From an uncultured Candidatus Rokubacteria bacterium (GTDB lineage: Bacteria > Methylomirabilota > Methylomirabilia > Rokubacteriales > CSP1-6), in assembly GCA_963789955.1 (NCBI GenBank), contig CAWBMV010000036.1, positions 32,001 through 96,000 on the forward strand: 64,000 nucleotides of DNA, in the 5' to 3' direction. The translations under genes and the position numbers were made by a program. Shown in pieces: positions 33,733 to 43,038 of this stretch; position 1 is the stretch's first letter; every line of letters starts with the position of its first letter. The notes under the pieces were generated by a model, which saw only the letters and a program-made list of their open reading frames with translations, was not told where the DNA came from and made no database searches.

Positions 33733-34407
33733 ATGAACATTCAACCGATCGACTACCTCGTGCATTTCTCGAACATCTTGCTGCTCGTCTCCTACTCGGT
33801 GCGGAACATCCTGTGGCTGCGCTGGTTCGCCGTCGCGGCGGCGCTGACCAACATGCCCTACTTCCTGCTGCAGCACACGGTGCTGTGGCCGCCGATCCTC
33901 TGGGCCGTGGTGTTCACCGCGATCAATCTCTATCAGATCTCGCGCATCTATCTCGAGCGCCGTCCGGTCGTGCTGTCCGAAGACGAGCAAAGGCTCTACG
34001 ACCTTGGATTTCGATCGCTGCGCCCGCGTGAGTTCGTCTCGTTGACGCTCGTGGGCGAGTGGAAAAGCGGCGCGGCCGGCGACAAGGTCCTGACCGAGGG
34101 TGAGCCGGTATCACGCCTCTGCATTTCCATCGCGGGGAGCGCGGAAGTCCGCATGCAGGGAAGACCGGTGGGACGGTTCGAACCCGGCCACATTATCGGT
34201 ACGGCTCTCGCCCTGACGGGGTCTCCATCGCCGGTGGAGGCCACGTTCACCGAACCCGCGCGGTACATGAGCTGGCCGCTCCAGAGCCTGCGCGCGTTCA
34301 TGGACAAGAGACCCGATCTGCGTGTCGCCCTACAGGCCCTCGTCAGCCGGGACCTCGCGGGAAAGGTGGAGCGACTGCTGGCGCAGTCGGGCTCCGAAGG
34401 GCGCTAG
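33733..34407 (+). CDS. Popeye-like membrane protein with cyclic-nucleotide-binding-fold domain
   Basis: Three TM helices (SYSVRNILWLRW, IN..Q), E..LY...F..L...EF linker, then LT.EGEPV..L..I..G beta-roll. Confidence 0.7.
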   Translation: MNIQPIDYLVHFSNILLLVSYSVRNILWLRWFAVAAALTNMPYFLLQHTVLWPPILWAVVFTAINLYQISRIYLERRPVVLSEDEQRLYDLGFRSLRPREFVSLTLVGEWKSGAAGDKVLTEGEPVSRLCISIAGSAEVRMQGRPVGRFEPGHIIGTALALTGSPSPVEATFTEPARYMSWPLQSLRAFMDKRPDLRVALQALVSRDLAGKVERLLAQSGSEGR

Positions 34408-34513
34408 CCCGGACGCCTCGGCGCGCCGGACGGGCACGTGCCCGCGCGTCATTTCTGTCAGACGGCCGGAGCACCTGTGCTGGAAACTATTGATTGTCTG
34501 CGCTCTCCGGGCG

Positions 34514-34529
34514 TGGCGAAATTTTTGCT
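34514..34529 (+). promoter_or_regulatory. Putative sigma54 promoter
   Basis: TGGCGAAATTTTTGCT has GG-N10-GC spacing within an AT-rich patch. Confidence 0.4.
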
Positions 34530-34570
34530 GATTCGGATGGGGCAGGAGGGACCTGCCCATCTTCCGTACG

Positions 34571-35080
34571 GTGTTCGCGGTCGTGGCGGCGGCCGTCGCC
34601 GTCTTAGCCCTGGCTGGAGAGGTCGCCGCCCAGACGAGAGGCGGCTGGCTCCTGGTCACGCCGCCGCCGGTCCCCGAGCGGCGCATGCTGATGAAGGTGT
34701 ACGCGGCGAGCTCTGACTCCGAAGTGCGAGCCGCCGTCGCGAGCCTGCCCGGCGAAGAGCAGGTTCGCCTCGTCACGAAGGTCTACAAGATCCTCACGAT
34801 CGCCGTGCCCGCCGACCGCACCGAGGCGCTCCTCACCGCGCTCCAGGACACGGCGGCCCCCGTGTCGAGCTGGCGGACCCTCGAGAAGTTCGACTCGGCC
34901 ACGTCGTGCGAGGACAAGCGCGAGCGCGCCCTTCAGAGCTTCGAGCGCGCCGCGGCGAAAGTGCGCTCCGAGTCCCCCGAGGATGACGAGCTCGCGGTCG
35001 AAGACTGGACGATTCTCGAGGGATTGGCCGCCTGCCGGATGAGCCGCTGCGTGCCGGAGGCGACGCTCTCGCTGCGCTGA
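34571..35080 (+). CDS. Secreted hypothetical protein (W.L..PP ... FDS...C ... RCVP type)
   Basis: Signal peptide-like N-terminus; clean ORF with GC3-rich codons. Confidence 0.65.
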   Translation: MFAVVAAAVAVLALAGEVAAQTRGGWLLVTPPPVPERRMLMKVYAASSDSEVRAAVASLPGEEQVRLVTKVYKILTIAVPADRTEALLTALQDTAAPVSSWRTLEKFDSATSCEDKRERALQSFERAAAKVRSESPEDDELAVEDWTILEGLAACRMSRCVPEATLSLR

Positions 35081-35171
35081 CCGGCGCCGCCGCGCCGTCC
35101 GCCGCGCGCCCGCTCGTCAAAAAAATGCGCCGCCCGGCTGAACTCGCGCCGGATCACGTTAGAATGCCGGC

Positions 35172-35468
35172 GTGAGATTTCTCGTCATCCTGCTCGTGTC
35201 CGCAACGCTCGTCCTCCTCGGTTCGGCTTCCTGGGCGTACAACTGCCCGGTCGTGATCAAGCAGGCGGAGGACACGATCAAGAAGGCCGAGGCGGGCAAG
35301 GTGAGCCCCGAGACGCGGCAGCTCATCGACGAAGCCAAGAAGCTCCTGGCCGAGGCCAAAGCCCACCACGAGAACGCCAAGACCAAGCGCGACCACGGCG
35401 ACGCGGTCCGCAAGGCCAAGACCGCCATCGCCTACGCCGACGAGGCCATGATCCTACAGAATCCATAG
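35172..35468 (+). CDS. Small secreted helical protein
   Basis: Signal peptide ending ASWA, mature YNCP..., Ala/Lys-rich helices with His residues. Confidence 0.75.
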   Translation: MRFLVILLVSATLVLLGSASWAYNCPVVIKQAEDTIKKAEAGKVSPETRQLIDEAKKLLAEAKAHHENAKTKRDHGDAVRKAKTAIAYADEAMILQNP

Positions 35469-35475
35469 CGCGCCA

Positions 35476-36303
35476 TTGGGGGGACGCTGCCAGCGTTTGC
35501 CGGCAACGCGATCTTCATCACGGGTGCCTCGTCGGGCATCGGCGCGGCCCTCGCTCGAGAATTCTCCCGTGAGGGCGGCGACGTGGCGCTGGTGGCTCGC
35601 CGCCGGGACCGGCTCGAAGCGCTCGCCGCCGAGATCCGGCAAGATCGGACGCCGCGCGGTGGTGATCACCGCCGACGTCACCCGCGACGGCGACCTCGAG
35701 CGCGCCGCGCGCGAAGCCCGAGCCGCCCTTGGCAGGCTCGACGTCGTCGTCGCGAACGCCGGATTCGGAGTCGCCGGATCGCTCGAGAGCCTGTCGCTCG
35801 ACGACTACCGCCGCCAGTTCGAGACCAACGTCTTCGGTGTCCTCAGAACGGTCTACGCAACGCTCGACGAGCTCAAGAAGACCCGCGGCCGCCTCGTCCT
35901 GATCGGAAGCGTGAGCGGCCACGTCGGCGTTCCCGGCTCGTCGGCCTACTCGATGAGCAAGTTCGCCGTACACGGGCTGGCCGCGGCGCTCGGCCACGAG
36001 CTGGCTCCGCACGGCGTCGCGGTGACCTTGATCAGCCCGGGGTTCGTCGAATCGGAGATCCATCAGGTCGACAACCGCGGCGTCTGGCGCGCCGAGGCGC
36101 CCAGCCGCCCGATTCCCGCCGCGCTCGTCATGGCGACGCCGACCGCGGCGCGAAAAATCGTGCGCGCGGTCGCGCGGCGGCGCCGCGAAGTGGTGATCAC
36201 CGGCTTCGGAAAGGCCGCGGTCCTCATCCAGCGGCATGCTCCGTGGCTGCTCGCGGCGATAATTCGACGTTTCGGTGTTAAAGGACGACGAGAACCGCGT
36301 TAA
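35476..36303 (+). CDS. Short-chain dehydrogenase/reductase, frameshift near 35640
   Basis: ITGASSGIG in the upstream frame, ANAG, S and YSMSK catalytic motif, SPGFV. Confidence 0.9.
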   Translation: MGGRCQRLPATRSSSRVPRRASARPSLENSPVRAATWRWWLAAGTGSKRSPPRSGKIGRRAVVITADVTRDGDLERAAREARAALGRLDVVVANAGFGVAGSLESLSLDDYRRQFETNVFGVLRTVYATLDELKKTRGRLVLIGSVSGHVGVPGSSAYSMSKFAVHGLAAALGHELAPHGVAVTLISPGFVESEIHQVDNRGVWRAEAPSRPIPAALVMATPTAARKIVRAVARRRREVVITGFGKAAVLIQRHAPWLLAAIIRRFGVKGRREPR

Positions 36304-36342
36304 TATGACCGCAACGGCGTTAAGGCGCCGGGAGGGAGGCGA

Positions 36343-37134
36343 ATGCTCCACTTCACGATCGACGGGTTTCGGGGATTCCGCTCTCGCTTCGACGACGCTC
36401 ACCTGATCCAGGAAGTACTCGAGGACGCACCGGCGCAGCTCGGACTCAAGCGCGCGATGCCGGCCTTCGTGCTGCCGTACTACAACGGGGTCGTGCCCGA
36501 GGATTGTGGGATCAGCGCGTTCGTGTTCCTGGCGGGCGGCCACTTCACGCTCCACACCTTCTCGTTCCGTGAGACGTACTTCGCCGATCTGGTGGCGCCG
36601 GACGAGTTCGACCCGGCCAAGCTCCGGGCGCTACTCGAGGCGGTCTTTCCGTGCGCGCTCACCAGTGTCCGGACCGTAGAACGGCAGGACCTGAAGGACT
36701 CCGAGCCAGACGTCGAGAACGACTTCGGGCCCCATCTGTTCCTGAACATCGATGCGTACCAGGGTCCGCAAGATCTCGATTCCCTGTTCCAGCTCTTCGA
36801 TCGGCTCCCGGCCGAGATCGGCATGACGCCGATCATGCGGCCCTACGTCATCCGCGACACCACCTCGGACGGGCAGCCCGTCTTGAGCGCGATGACGATG
36901 ATCGCGGAGAGCCACGTGACCCTTCACGTCTTCCCCCGCGAGGAACGTGCGTACTTCGACATCTTCTCGTGCCGGTTCTTCGACCGGTCGTTCGTGGTGC
37001 CCCGGCTCCTCGCCCAGTTCCCCGGCGGGAGCGTCCAGGAGGCCCTCGTCGCTCGGGGCAGCCGTTACCGCTATCTGCGGACCGAGCGCGCCGACGAACA
37101 CGCCAAGTCGCGCACCTGGCTTCCTCAGCGATAG
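36343..37134 (+). CDS. Tandem two-domain S-adenosylmethionine-decarboxylase-fold (SpeD-like) proenzyme
   Basis: Domain 2 has GPHLFLNI, IAESHVTLHVFP, DIFSC; domain 1 is homologous (LHFTIDG, GISAF.FLAGGHFTLHTF) but lacks the ESH serine. Confidence 0.8.
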   Translation: MLHFTIDGFRGFRSRFDDAHLIQEVLEDAPAQLGLKRAMPAFVLPYYNGVVPEDCGISAFVFLAGGHFTLHTFSFRETYFADLVAPDEFDPAKLRALLEAVFPCALTSVRTVERQDLKDSEPDVENDFGPHLFLNIDAYQGPQDLDSLFQLFDRLPAEIGMTPIMRPYVIRDTTSDGQPVLSAMTMIAESHVTLHVFPREERAYFDIFSCRFFDRSFVVPRLLAQFPGGSVQEALVARGSRYRYLRTERADEHAKSRTWLPQR

Positions 37135-37142
37135 GAGCGAAC

Positions 37143-38219
37143 ATGACTCGCGAGCCGCGATTCGACGACCCGAACCTCGTCCGCGAACCCATGACCGTGG
37201 CGGAAGACACCGGACGGGGTAGCGTCCTGTCCCTGCTCGGCCGGATGGGGAAGTCCGCCTTCCAGGGCCGGAAGCTCGGCGAGGCCTTCGAGGCCTGGAA
37301 GACCATGATCGAGGGCGACAGCCTCATCTGCCTGGGCTATGCCGCATCGATGTCGAGCGCCGGGATGTGGCCGCTCATCACGTGGCTGGTCCAGCGCGGC
37401 TACATCGACGTCCTCGCGTCGACCTCGGCCAACATCTCCGAGGACCTGCTCGACATGATGGACGGCACGCGTGTCTACCGTGTCGACCCCGAGCACGTCG
37501 ACGACGTGGCGCTGGCCGACAAGGGCTACTACCGGTTCTACGACCACATCGTCTCGTCCAAGAAGTACGACCAGATGGAAACGGTCGTCACCGGCCGGTT
37601 CTTCGATGAGCTCGCCGACACCTGGCGGAAGCCCACGATCCCGACGGTCCGGCTGCTGTTCGAGCTGGGGAACTGGCTCAACGCCAAGGGCTTCGAGAAG
37701 TCGATCCTCGCGACGGCGGCGCGCAACCAGGTGCCCGTCTTCTGCTGCGGCTTGCCGGACGGCCCGATCGGCGAGGGCTACAGCACCTCGCCCAAGGCCG
37801 AGCAGGCGCCCGTCGTCGACTTCTTCAAGGACTACCGGATCGCCACGGACATCATGGACAACGCCATGATGTCGAAGCGGGGAACCTCGGTCGTCTTCCT
37901 GGGCGGTGGGGTGCCGAAAGATTTCCTGCAGATCACCGCGACCAGCGTGCGGACCCGCCACGGCAACGTGGATCCCACCCCGCACAAGGCCTCGATCCAG
38001 ATCACGACCGACAATACGGTCTACGGCGGCCTCGGCGGCGCCACCCTCGCGACCGAGTGCATCTCCTGGGGCAAGGAGGCGCACGGGAACGCGAACGTCA
38101 TGTGCTTCGCCGACATCACGATCGCGCTGCCGATCATCTGTCAGGGTCTCGCCGAGCACTTCGGGCGCGGCCACCGGCGCGAGCAGCCCAAGCCGCTGAA
38201 GCTGGCCGAAGTCTTCTAG
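37143..38219 (+). CDS. Deoxyhypusine-synthase-family protein (possible homospermidine synthase)
   Basis: FQGRKLGEA, STSANI.ED, LGGGVPKDF, GGLGGAT..ECISWGK (catalytic Lys), ADITIALP. Confidence 0.88.
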   Translation: MTREPRFDDPNLVREPMTVAEDTGRGSVLSLLGRMGKSAFQGRKLGEAFEAWKTMIEGDSLICLGYAASMSSAGMWPLITWLVQRGYIDVLASTSANISEDLLDMMDGTRVYRVDPEHVDDVALADKGYYRFYDHIVSSKKYDQMETVVTGRFFDELADTWRKPTIPTVRLLFELGNWLNAKGFEKSILATAARNQVPVFCCGLPDGPIGEGYSTSPKAEQAPVVDFFKDYRIATDIMDNAMMSKRGTSVVFLGGGVPKDFLQITATSVRTRHGNVDPTPHKASIQITTDNTVYGGLGGATLATECISWGKEAHGNANVMCFADITIALPIICQGLAEHFGRGHRREQPKPLKLAEVF

Positions 38220-38229
38220 AGCGACCGCG

Positions 38230-38598
38230 ATGCGGCCCGGCGTTCTGCTGATCGCGGTGGTGGCGCTCGTCGCCGCCGCCGCGGTCGCGCAGGCGCAGGG
38301 CCCCGGCCGTCCGACGTCCGAATCCTTCCGGATCGAATGGGTGCGTCGCCCGCCGTCGATGCGGCCGGGCGTGGACGGCTACATCTACAACGATTCCCGC
38401 TGGCGCGTGACCAACATCCGCGTCCGCGCCGTCGTGGTCGACGCCGCCGGGACCGTCGTCCGCGAGAGCGTGGTGTCGGTCTGGGGCAACGCGGTGCCGG
38501 GAACCCGGACGTTCTTCGTCCTGCCGGCCCTCGGCGAGGGCCAGATCTACCAGCTCACGGTGATCTCGTTCGATCTGATCTCGGAACAGACCCCGTAG
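38230..38598 (+). CDS. Secreted hypothetical protein (Ig-like, FxLYD-like)
   Basis: Signal peptide; GYIYN, V...D.AG.VV, VPG.RTFF pattern. Confidence 0.65.
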   Translation: MRPGVLLIAVVALVAAAAVAQAQGPGRPTSESFRIEWVRRPPSMRPGVDGYIYNDSRWRVTNIRVRAVVVDAAGTVVRESVVSVWGNAVPGTRTFFVLPALGEGQIYQLTVISFDLISEQTP

Positions 38599-38638
38599 CC
38601 CACAGATCGCCACCCGGCGCGCGGCCTGCGCCGACCGG

Positions 38639-39019
38639 CTATCGAGGCCGGAACCGCACCACGGTGTAGCCGAGCGACGAGGCCTGACCGAGCCTGAGGC
38701 GCCGCCGCAGACGGCGGCGATCGGGCGCCCGCTGGCGGAGCTCGTGCCGCCGGTCGGCGACCCGGCGCTCGAGGATTACCTTGACCCCGCGGACACCATC
38801 CAGCCGCCGCTGGAGATACTCGAACAGCGGGACGTCGTGACGGCGGACCACGATCAAAAGCTCGACGTCCGGAAACGACAGTGACGGAAGCGAGGCGAGG
38901 AGCAGTGCCGCGTGCCGCGGGCAATAGCCGTGGGTTTCGGCGGGATCGTCGAAGGGCGCCTTCTGGCCCAGGTCGCCGGGCCGGCCCTCGACTCGACACG
39001 ATGCGCAGATGACTCTCAT
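38639..39019 (-). CDS. Small protein with Zn-finger-like N-terminus and ERR/DRR Arg-rich C-terminus
   Basis: CASC...THGYCPRH; LIVVRR, VILERRVADRR...DRR. Confidence 0.65.
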   Translation of the reverse strand: MRVICASCRVEGRPGDLGQKAPFDDPAETHGYCPRHAALLLASLPSLSFPDVELLIVVRRHDVPLFEYLQRRLDGVRGVKVILERRVADRRHELRQRAPDRRRLRRRLRLGQASSLGYTVVRFRPR

Positions 39020-39213
39020 TCTGTCGGAGAACCTTTGCCTCCCGCCGCGAGTGGTAGCACCGCCTATAATTCCGGAAAAATCCTGAGCGGCCGCCACTCG
39101 GGTACGACACTCTAGCATCTTCTTCGACCCGTTCGATCGCCGCCGTGTAAACGCGCGACCGCGCGCCTTCGTCCAGCGAGGTGTACCATCATTCGTAGAG
39201 TCTGGAGGCAGAC

Positions 39214-39654
39214 GTGATCAAAGCTGGCCGGATCTCGGGCACCGCATTGCTGGTGGTAGCGGCCTGCGTCTCTCGGGCAGGCGCCGAGGACGTCGAGCAT
39301 TTCGCGATGAGTCACGTGCGCATGTCCACCGACCGCGCAATCGCGTCGGGGTGCGGGCTCGTTTCTCGAGTGAGCGACGATTCGCTGCGAGATCTGAGGC
39401 GCAAGGTCGTGCGCTCCGGCGGCAACACGGCCGTCCTTTCGTTCTCGACCGACGACCTCGGGATGATCCAGGCGGATGTCTACCGCTGCAATCCGCCGGC
39501 GGCGCGCCGGCCGCCGAATGTTCCGCCTCCTCCGGCAGGTGCTCCGCCACCTCCGCCGCCCACATCGAGTTCGCCGCCCCCGCCTCCGGCGGGGAATCCG
39601 CCGCCGCCCCCCAGCGGCACGCCGCCGCCACCTCCGCCGCCGCCGTCGCGGTAG
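39214..39654 (+). CDS. Secreted/lipoprotein with proline-rich C-terminal tail
   Basis: LLVVAAC signal; GGN motif; repeated PPPP runs; GGAGG RBS. Confidence 0.65.
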   Translation: MIKAGRISGTALLVVAACVSRAGAEDVEHFAMSHVRMSTDRAIASGCGLVSRVSDDSLRDLRRKVVRSGGNTAVLSFSTDDLGMIQADVYRCNPPAARRPPNVPPPPAGAPPPPPPTSSSPPPPPAGNPPPPPSGTPPPPPPPPSR

Positions 39655-39680
39655 CGGATCGGGAGCGGCTCCGCTCCACG

Positions 39681-40944
39681 TCATCGAGTCGGCGCCGCTA
39701 CAGGTGTGCTCGCCGCGCGGAGGTCCACTTCGAGCGTTGCGCGGCCCGCGAGAAGCACGGCACCGGCCACCGCCAGAAGGCAGCCCGTGATGAGGACGGG
39801 GGTGCGGAGGCCGACCTGATCCGACGCGGCCCCGATGAGCCAGGGCGAGGCCGCATCCCCGAGCAGGTGCATCAGGAGGGTCGTCACCGCGAATCCTCGG
39901 GCGCGAAGCTCGGCCGGCAGCACGTTCGCCATGGCCGCGTTGAGGGGGCCGATGTTCACGAACACCAGGAGCAAGGTGATGAACATGGCCGGCCAGAACA
40001 CGGTCGGCTGCGGCGCCAGGATCGCGACCAGCGTGAAGACGATCGATGCCACGAGCGACCAGCCCGACACGATGAAATCGGCGCCGGGATGCCGCCGCGC
40101 CACCGACGCGGAGATGCGGCCGCCGAGCAAGGTGCCGGCGAAGCCGGCGACCACGAGGAGCAGGCCGAAGGTCGCCGCGGCGCTGCCGAGCGGGATGCCG
40201 CGCTCGCGCACGAAGTAGGTCGGCATCCACGTCGCCAGGCCGCCCATGCTGAAGGTGTAGATGATCTGGGCCGCGGTGTTGACGTTGTAGCTCCGGCGGC
40301 TCGTCAGCGCGCGGAGCGATGAGACCAGGCCGAGCGGTGTGGCCGTGCTGTGCGTGCTGTCCTGAGCCCCGCGCGCCGGCTCGGTGAGGAAGAGCAGCAA
40401 GAAGGCGAGCGCCGCGCCGGGCGCGCCGGCCACGAAGAAGGCGGCGCGCCAGCCGTGGGCCTCGCCGATCAGGCCGCCGATGATGTAGCCGAGGGCGGAG
40501 CCGATCGGGATCGCCGCGTAGAAGACACCGAGCACCCGCGCGCGCCGCTCGGCCGGGTAGCAGTCCGACAGGAGCGACGGCGTGACGACCGCGTAGCCCG
40601 CCTCGCCGACGCCGATGACGGCGCGAGCCAGCAGAAGCCAGCCGTACGTCGGCGCCAGGCCCGACGCCACCGTGGCGATGCTCCACACGAACACACCCGT
40701 GGCGACCAGGCGCAGGCGGTTGCTGGTAGTCACCGAGCCAGCCGGCCGGTCCGCACGCCAGGGAATACGCGACGATGAAGAGAGACTGCAGGAGACCGCC
40801 CTGGGCGTCCGAGATCGCGAGATCGGCCAGGATGAGCGGCAAGGTGGCCGCCGAGACGTAGCGGTCGAGATAGTTCAGCGCGTTGAGCGTGGTGAGCGAG
40901 CCGAGGATGACGCCCGGTGATCGTGACCAGCCGCTAGCGGACAT
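39681..40944 (-). CDS. MFS transporter, Spinster-like, frameshift near 40735
   Basis: LNALNYLDRY, GWLGD, WS.AT, RA.IGVGEA, PSLLSD.YP..RR, GWRAAF, HLLGDA.SP. Confidence 0.85.
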
Positions 40945-42320
40945 CGCCCGCCCGATCCGATCGGAGCACCTCGGCCGGCACGCGGTCAGCGAGATCGCGC
41001 AGCTCGACGGCGAGTGCGCGGCGCTCGTCGAGCAGCCGCTGGTGGAGCGCCCGGTCGCCGAGGAACCACAGGAAGGCGCGCGCCTGTCGCACGACGCGGC
41101 CGAGCCGTTCACGCCAGGCCAGCGCGAGCAAACCGGACGGCACGATCAGCAGGATGAACAGCAACAGCGCGCCGCGGCCCGCGAGCCGCCAGACGAGCCA
41201 GCCCTCGATGCACCAGAGCAGGGGATGGATCACGAAGCCGACGGCCATCTTGTCCGTCGCTTCCTCCTCGGACGTTCGCCCGAGCCGCCCCACGATCCGC
41301 CCGGTGAGCCAGTACGGCGCGGCGTGACTGACGATCCCCCAGCACGCCAGCGGCAGTCCGAGCGCGAGCCACAGCACGTTGGTGAGGACGTAGGAGATCA
41401 CGAGGCCGGATGTATAGGGCTGCCCGAGCTGGGCACTGGTGATGCCGACCTCGTCGAGGTGGCTACGGTAGAGCTCGATGCGGTGCCGCACCTCGGCGAC
41501 GCGGTGTGGCTCGCGAACGGCGAGATACCGTCCCGCGCGCATGACCTGTTGCTTCCACGCCAGCGACTGCTCCGCATCCGAGGGCTTGGACTCGCCCCGG
41601 CGCGCCGCCTCTTCCCACCATGCGCGCTCGAGCACGGCGAGGAGCTCGAGCGAGTACTGGTCCTGGGCCTCGACGATCTGGGCGCCGATGGCGTCCCTCA
41701 GTCGCGCGGTGATGGCGCGCACCGCTTCTTCGGGCTGATCGCGATGAGCGGCGATGAGATCGGTGGTGATGACCGGAGCGCCGATCGTGACCTGGACGGA
41801 CGCGGACCGAAACGTTCCCGGGTCGTGGAAGACCATGCCGACGGGCATGGAGCGTCACGCGGGCCGAGTCGCCCATGGCGCGCTCGGCCCCGAGGACGAG
41901 CCGCGCCGCGCCGGTCCGCAACGGCAGCAGGACCGGCTGAGGCTGCGTGGTGCCCTCGGGAAAGATCAGGATGATGCCGCCCGCGCGCAGCGCCTCGATC
42001 GCCGCGGCGAACATCTCGTCGTTCTTCCGCGGATCGTCCCCGGCCTCGACGCGCCGGTGGACGGGCACGCCGCCGAGCAGACGCAACGGAGGACCGATCA
42101 GCGGGTGACGAAAGAGCGGTGCCTTGGCGAGCACCGTGATCGCGCGAGGGACGGTCGCGATGATCAGCATCGCGTCGACGAGCGAATTGTGGTGGTTGGC
42201 GGTGATGATGACCCCGCCGCTCTCGGGGATCCGCTCCTGGCCGACCACGTCGATCCGCCGGTAGAAGAGCCACAAGAGCAGCCGGATCAGCGCCCGGGTG
42301 ATCCGGTAGGCCGGGCTCCC
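40934..42320 (-). CDS. Phospholipid/glycerol acyltransferase (PlsC superfamily) with C-terminal TM extension, frameshift near 41850, start approximate
   Basis: ANHHNSLVD (HxxxxD), LAKAPLF, PVHR, IFPEG, TGAAR, PVG. Confidence 0.85.
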
Positions 42321-42334
42321 GCGACCCGATCTAT

Positions 42335-42995
42335 CTAGTGGCGCGATAGCGCCCGCGCCGCGCCGAGGATCGTCTCCTCCGGCGGAAACTTTCCGACGCC
42401 CGCGAAGCCCTCAGTGGCGCATTCGATGTTCGCCCAGCGAACGATGCCGTCGCGGTCGATCAGGAACTGCCCCTTGAGCTGAGGCCACTGGCGCTCCATG
42501 TCGGTCTGGTCGGTCTGCGTCCCGGCGTAGCCGTCGAGCTCGAGCGACCGCCGTCGCGGCCTCGACGACCGGCAGCGGCGCCGGCAGCTCGCCGGTGGGA
42601 TTGATGCGCGTCGAGGCCAGCGCCTCCATGAACTCCGGACTCACGGGCGGCCGCGGCACGCCGTACGCGCGGTGCGTCGAGAGCTCCGGGTCCGACGCGA
42701 GCCGCACGCGGGTCGGGCGGAACTTGAAGTAGAGCCGGGCGTTCTCGGGTGGCGTCGCCACCACCGCGAGACTCTCGACGCCGAGCGCCTTCAGCTTGCC
42801 CTCGATCGTCCCGATCTGGGCGATCTGCCGGCGGCAGAACGGACACCACAATCCGACCATCAACGCCAGGAACACCGGGCTCCGTCCGCGGTAGTCGGCC
42901 AGCGAAACGTTCTCGTTCCGGTCGACGGCGGGCAAGGTGAAATCGGGCGCCGGCTCTCCGGGTGCGACCGGCGGCCGCGCTTCAGGCATCGTCAT
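42335..42995 (-). CDS. AhpC/TSA (peroxiredoxin-like redoxin), frameshift near 42540
   Basis: PGEPAPDFTLP, WCPFCRRQ, D......AYG, FLIDRDGIVRW. Confidence 0.82.
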
Positions 42996-43038
42996 TGGCG
43001 AGCTCCTTCGTGTAACGACGGTAACAAAGCGACGGGTC

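Noticed and set aside
39490..39654. CCG-rich tandem repeats as a repeat array or CRISPR
   Set aside because: They encode the proline-rich tail of an ORF. No regular repeat-spacer structure or cas genes were seen anywhere in the window.
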